From Candidatus Hermodarchaeota archaeon (GTDB lineage: Archaea; Asgardarchaeota; Lokiarchaeia; Sigyniarchaeales; SOKP01), in contig JBHLLO010000058.1 in the NCBI GenBank assembly GCA_048885535.1, forward strand, positions 1 through 19,750: a stretch of DNA of 19,750 bases, in the 5' to 3' direction. The translations under genes were made by a program, and so were the position numbers. Position 1 is the stretch's first letter. Every line of letters begins with the position of its first letter. Positions 18,205-19,750 of the stretch are shown here, one piece after another. The notes under the pieces were generated by a model that saw nothing but the letters and a program-made list of their open reading frames with translations, did no database searches and had not been told where the DNA came from.

Positions 18205-18687
18205 TTAAATTAGTTTATTAAAATAGTGGGTAAAATTTTCATTTTCTTTACCATATTTCTGACGAATAATTGTTTTAAGTGTTCCCATATCTAATCTCTC
18301 TTTTACTTTTTCTCATCAACATCCTACATCCGGTTGTAATTGAATAAAACTATCAGGGTATAAATTGAATTCGATATTTTCCCTAATAGGATTAAATTTA
18401 CGCATAATTCCATCTTCGTCAGGTGCATAAGCGAATACTCCAACATCATCATAAATTAGACCTTCTTCTATGTTTACAAATAATTGAAGGTAACTATAGA
18501 TATAGTCCTCATACAACGGAAATATTGTATTTGTTGGATCTTCCATTTCTATCTTATCAACTAATGCTAATGCTTCAATAAATGTAGCATTATCATTTAG
18601 TTCAAGAGAATACTTTTTACCCTGTTGAAGTCCTTTAATTGGTATACTAATTTCAAATTCTATCTTTTTAATTTGTAAATCACCCAA
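18205..18687 (-). CDS. Putative selenoprotein: ubiquitin/MoaD-like beta-grasp domain with Gly-Cys-Sec-Sec and a 35-aa tail (160 aa; 123 aa if UGA = stop at 18316)
   Basis: LELNDNATFIEAL...LFVN...LYPDSFIQLQPDVG resembles ThiS/MoaD/Urm1; TGT TGA TGA then 35 sense codons to TAA (18207-18205); SECIS-like hairpin starts at the next base. Confidence 0.7.
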
Positions 18688-18698
18688 AATTATGATGT

Positions 18699-18974
18699 TT
18701 ATATTAAACCTTTTTCTTTAAGTAAGTTTGGCAAATCTCTTTTCAATGAAAACGCAGCGGTGTATTTTCGTTCATTTTCTACTAAAATTGTGTTTCCTTG
18801 TAAGTTAAGGTCTCGAGCTTCCTCAGAATTAAGATTTTTTGTATTATGTTCAATAAATTTAATATAAGGAGTTAATACAATAAAAACTCGATTCATAAAC
18901 TTATCCCATTCGCAAGCACAGCTATCTAATGGCACAAAAATATCTACTTTTAACTTATTACTTTTTTCCACCAT
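18699..18974 (-). CDS. Small thioredoxin-like/ArsD-like protein with CxC motif
   Basis: KVDIFVPLDSCACEW (strand then Cys motif then helix), later TILVE strand; gaps of 11 and 15 nt to its neighbours. Confidence 0.5.
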   Translation of the reverse strand: MVEKSNKLKVDIFVPLDSCACEWDKFMNRVFIVLTPYIKFIEHNTKNLNSEEARDLNLQGNTILVENERKYTAAFSLKRDLPNLLKEKGLI

Positions 18975-18989
18975 TTATAACCTATAATT

Positions 18990-19307
18990 TTAAGAACAAT
19001 TACAAGATTGATTTGATTGATTTGATTGGTTTTTTACTCGGCTTCTAACATTCCATAGACATCCACAACCAGGTTGTTCTTGCATGATGATTGCTTGGGT
19101 GGGGCAATTCCTTTTACAAGCACTACATTCAGTACAAGTATTAGCGTTGGTTATTTCAAATTTTCCATTTTTACTTGGTTTTGGTAAACCAAAAGGGCAA
19201 ATTTCTCCACACAATCCACAACCATTGCAAAGATCTCTATCAATAAAGATATTTAGACTTTTTATGATTTCCTTAAAATCTAATGAATTAAAATCTATTT
19301 CTGTCAT
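18990..19307 (-). CDS. hgcB: 2[4Fe-4S] ferredoxin, HgcB-like
   Basis: CNGCGLCGEICP and CTECSACKRNCP (cf. HgcB CMECGAC..NCP), downstream GCGC (cf. GVGC), Cys-containing tail SCNCS; ATG 19307 with AGGTGG upstream. Confidence 0.7.
   Translation of the reverse strand: MTEIDFNSLDFKEIIKSLNIFIDRDLCNGCGLCGEICPFGLPKPSKNGKFEITNANTCTECSACKRNCPTQAIIMQEQPGCGCLWNVRSRVKNQSNQSNQSCNCS
19006..19032. repeat. 9-bp tandem repeat x3 encoding (NQS)3 in the ferredoxin tail
   Basis: gattgattt gattgattt gattggttt. Confidence 0.8.
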
Positions 19308-19351
19308 ATATACCACCTTTTATTTTTCAATATTATTAAATTAATTTTCAT

Positions 19352-19750
19352 TTAAAAAAATATGACTCCAATTGTTAATGATACTAAACTGATTATTAAA
19401 AATACTTTATTCAACAAACTAAATAGGGGATATTCAATTTCAATTTTTCTTGGACTTGTTGCCATTGTATAACCACTTGAAGACATTGTTGAAAAGAAAG
19501 CAATCCAAAAGAAAAATGGGATACTAAATAGCATATAGAGAATTGAATGATGTACCCACCACGTTAGCACTCCTAAAATACCAATATTAATAAATCCATA
19601 GAATATTCCTTTAATTACAAACTTCTGGGTAAATTCTGAAGTAGGAAAGGAGATGAATATAATCGCATTAGTAAATATGATCCAAAGACAGACTTCACCA
19701 ATCCACCATAGTTTATCAAAATCAGTAAAGATTGATAAAACCAAAAATAA
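19352..19750 (-). CDS. hgcA: C-terminal transmembrane domain of an HgcA-like corrinoid protein (5' part outside the window)
   Basis: Frame is open to the window edge; F..KG...G and FFSTMSSSGYTMATSPRKIEIE resemble HgcA 'FxxKG' and 'FLAMNFTGSTxxTSxSGVxKE'; lies directly upstream of an HgcB-like ferredoxin. The diagnostic cap-helix motif is not visible. Confidence 0.6.
   Translation of the reverse strand, partial: LFLVLSIFTDFDKLWWIGEVCLWIIFTNAIIFISFPTSEFTQKFVIKGIFYGFINIGILGVLTWWVHHSILYMLFSIPFFFWIAFFSTMSSSGYTMATSPRKIEIEYPLFSLLNKVFLIISLVSLTIGVIFF

Noticed and set aside
18275-18316. 13-codon ORF MRKSKREIRYGNT overlapping the TGA (TGATG coupling)
   Set aside because: Too short; in-frame UGA read-through plus SECIS explains the region better
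952-19344. Numerous 60-140 aa antisense or alternate-frame ORFs (e.g. 952-1167, 3874-4095, 6144-6416, 10352-10771, 14514-14840, 19084-19344)
   Set aside because: Shadow ORFs lying within or largely overlapping recognisable genes, without motifs of their own
1-19750. tRNA, rRNA, CRISPR arrays, transposases
   Set aside because: None recognisable; intergenic spaces are short and AT-rich, with no spaced repeats

Overview
AT-rich, gene-dense archaeal DNA, most likely an Asgard archaeon of the Lokiarchaeia type. This placement is inferred from a eukaryote-like actin, a Loki-type profilin domain, a eukaryote-like SECIS hairpin and GGTGA/GGAGG ribosome-binding sites with frequent TTG starts. From left to right the window holds: a DUF3795 / alpha-alpha toroid / methyltransferase / class II UvrA cluster; a CpXC protein divergent from an actin gene, which is followed by a profilin-TrmB-HTH fusion; an HD protein; an operon of LivHMGF, a membrane-anchored HEAT-repeat protein and an acyl-CoA ligase, with a divergent substrate-binding protein; a YdjM-like hydrolase; and the 3' end of an hgcA-hgcB-like (mercury methylation) operon. 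Two candidate undescribed systems stand out. (1) The last gene of the hgcAB-like operon is a ubiquitin/MoaD-like ORF. Its apparent stop (TGT-TGA-TGA) is followed by 35 more in-frame sense codons and then directly by a canonical-looking SECIS, suggesting a Gly-Cys-Sec-Sec selenoprotein. (2) The actin gene is paired with a putative actin-sensing transcription factor (profilin + winged helix) and has a highly structured upstream region. All family assignments are by motif recognition, not database searches.
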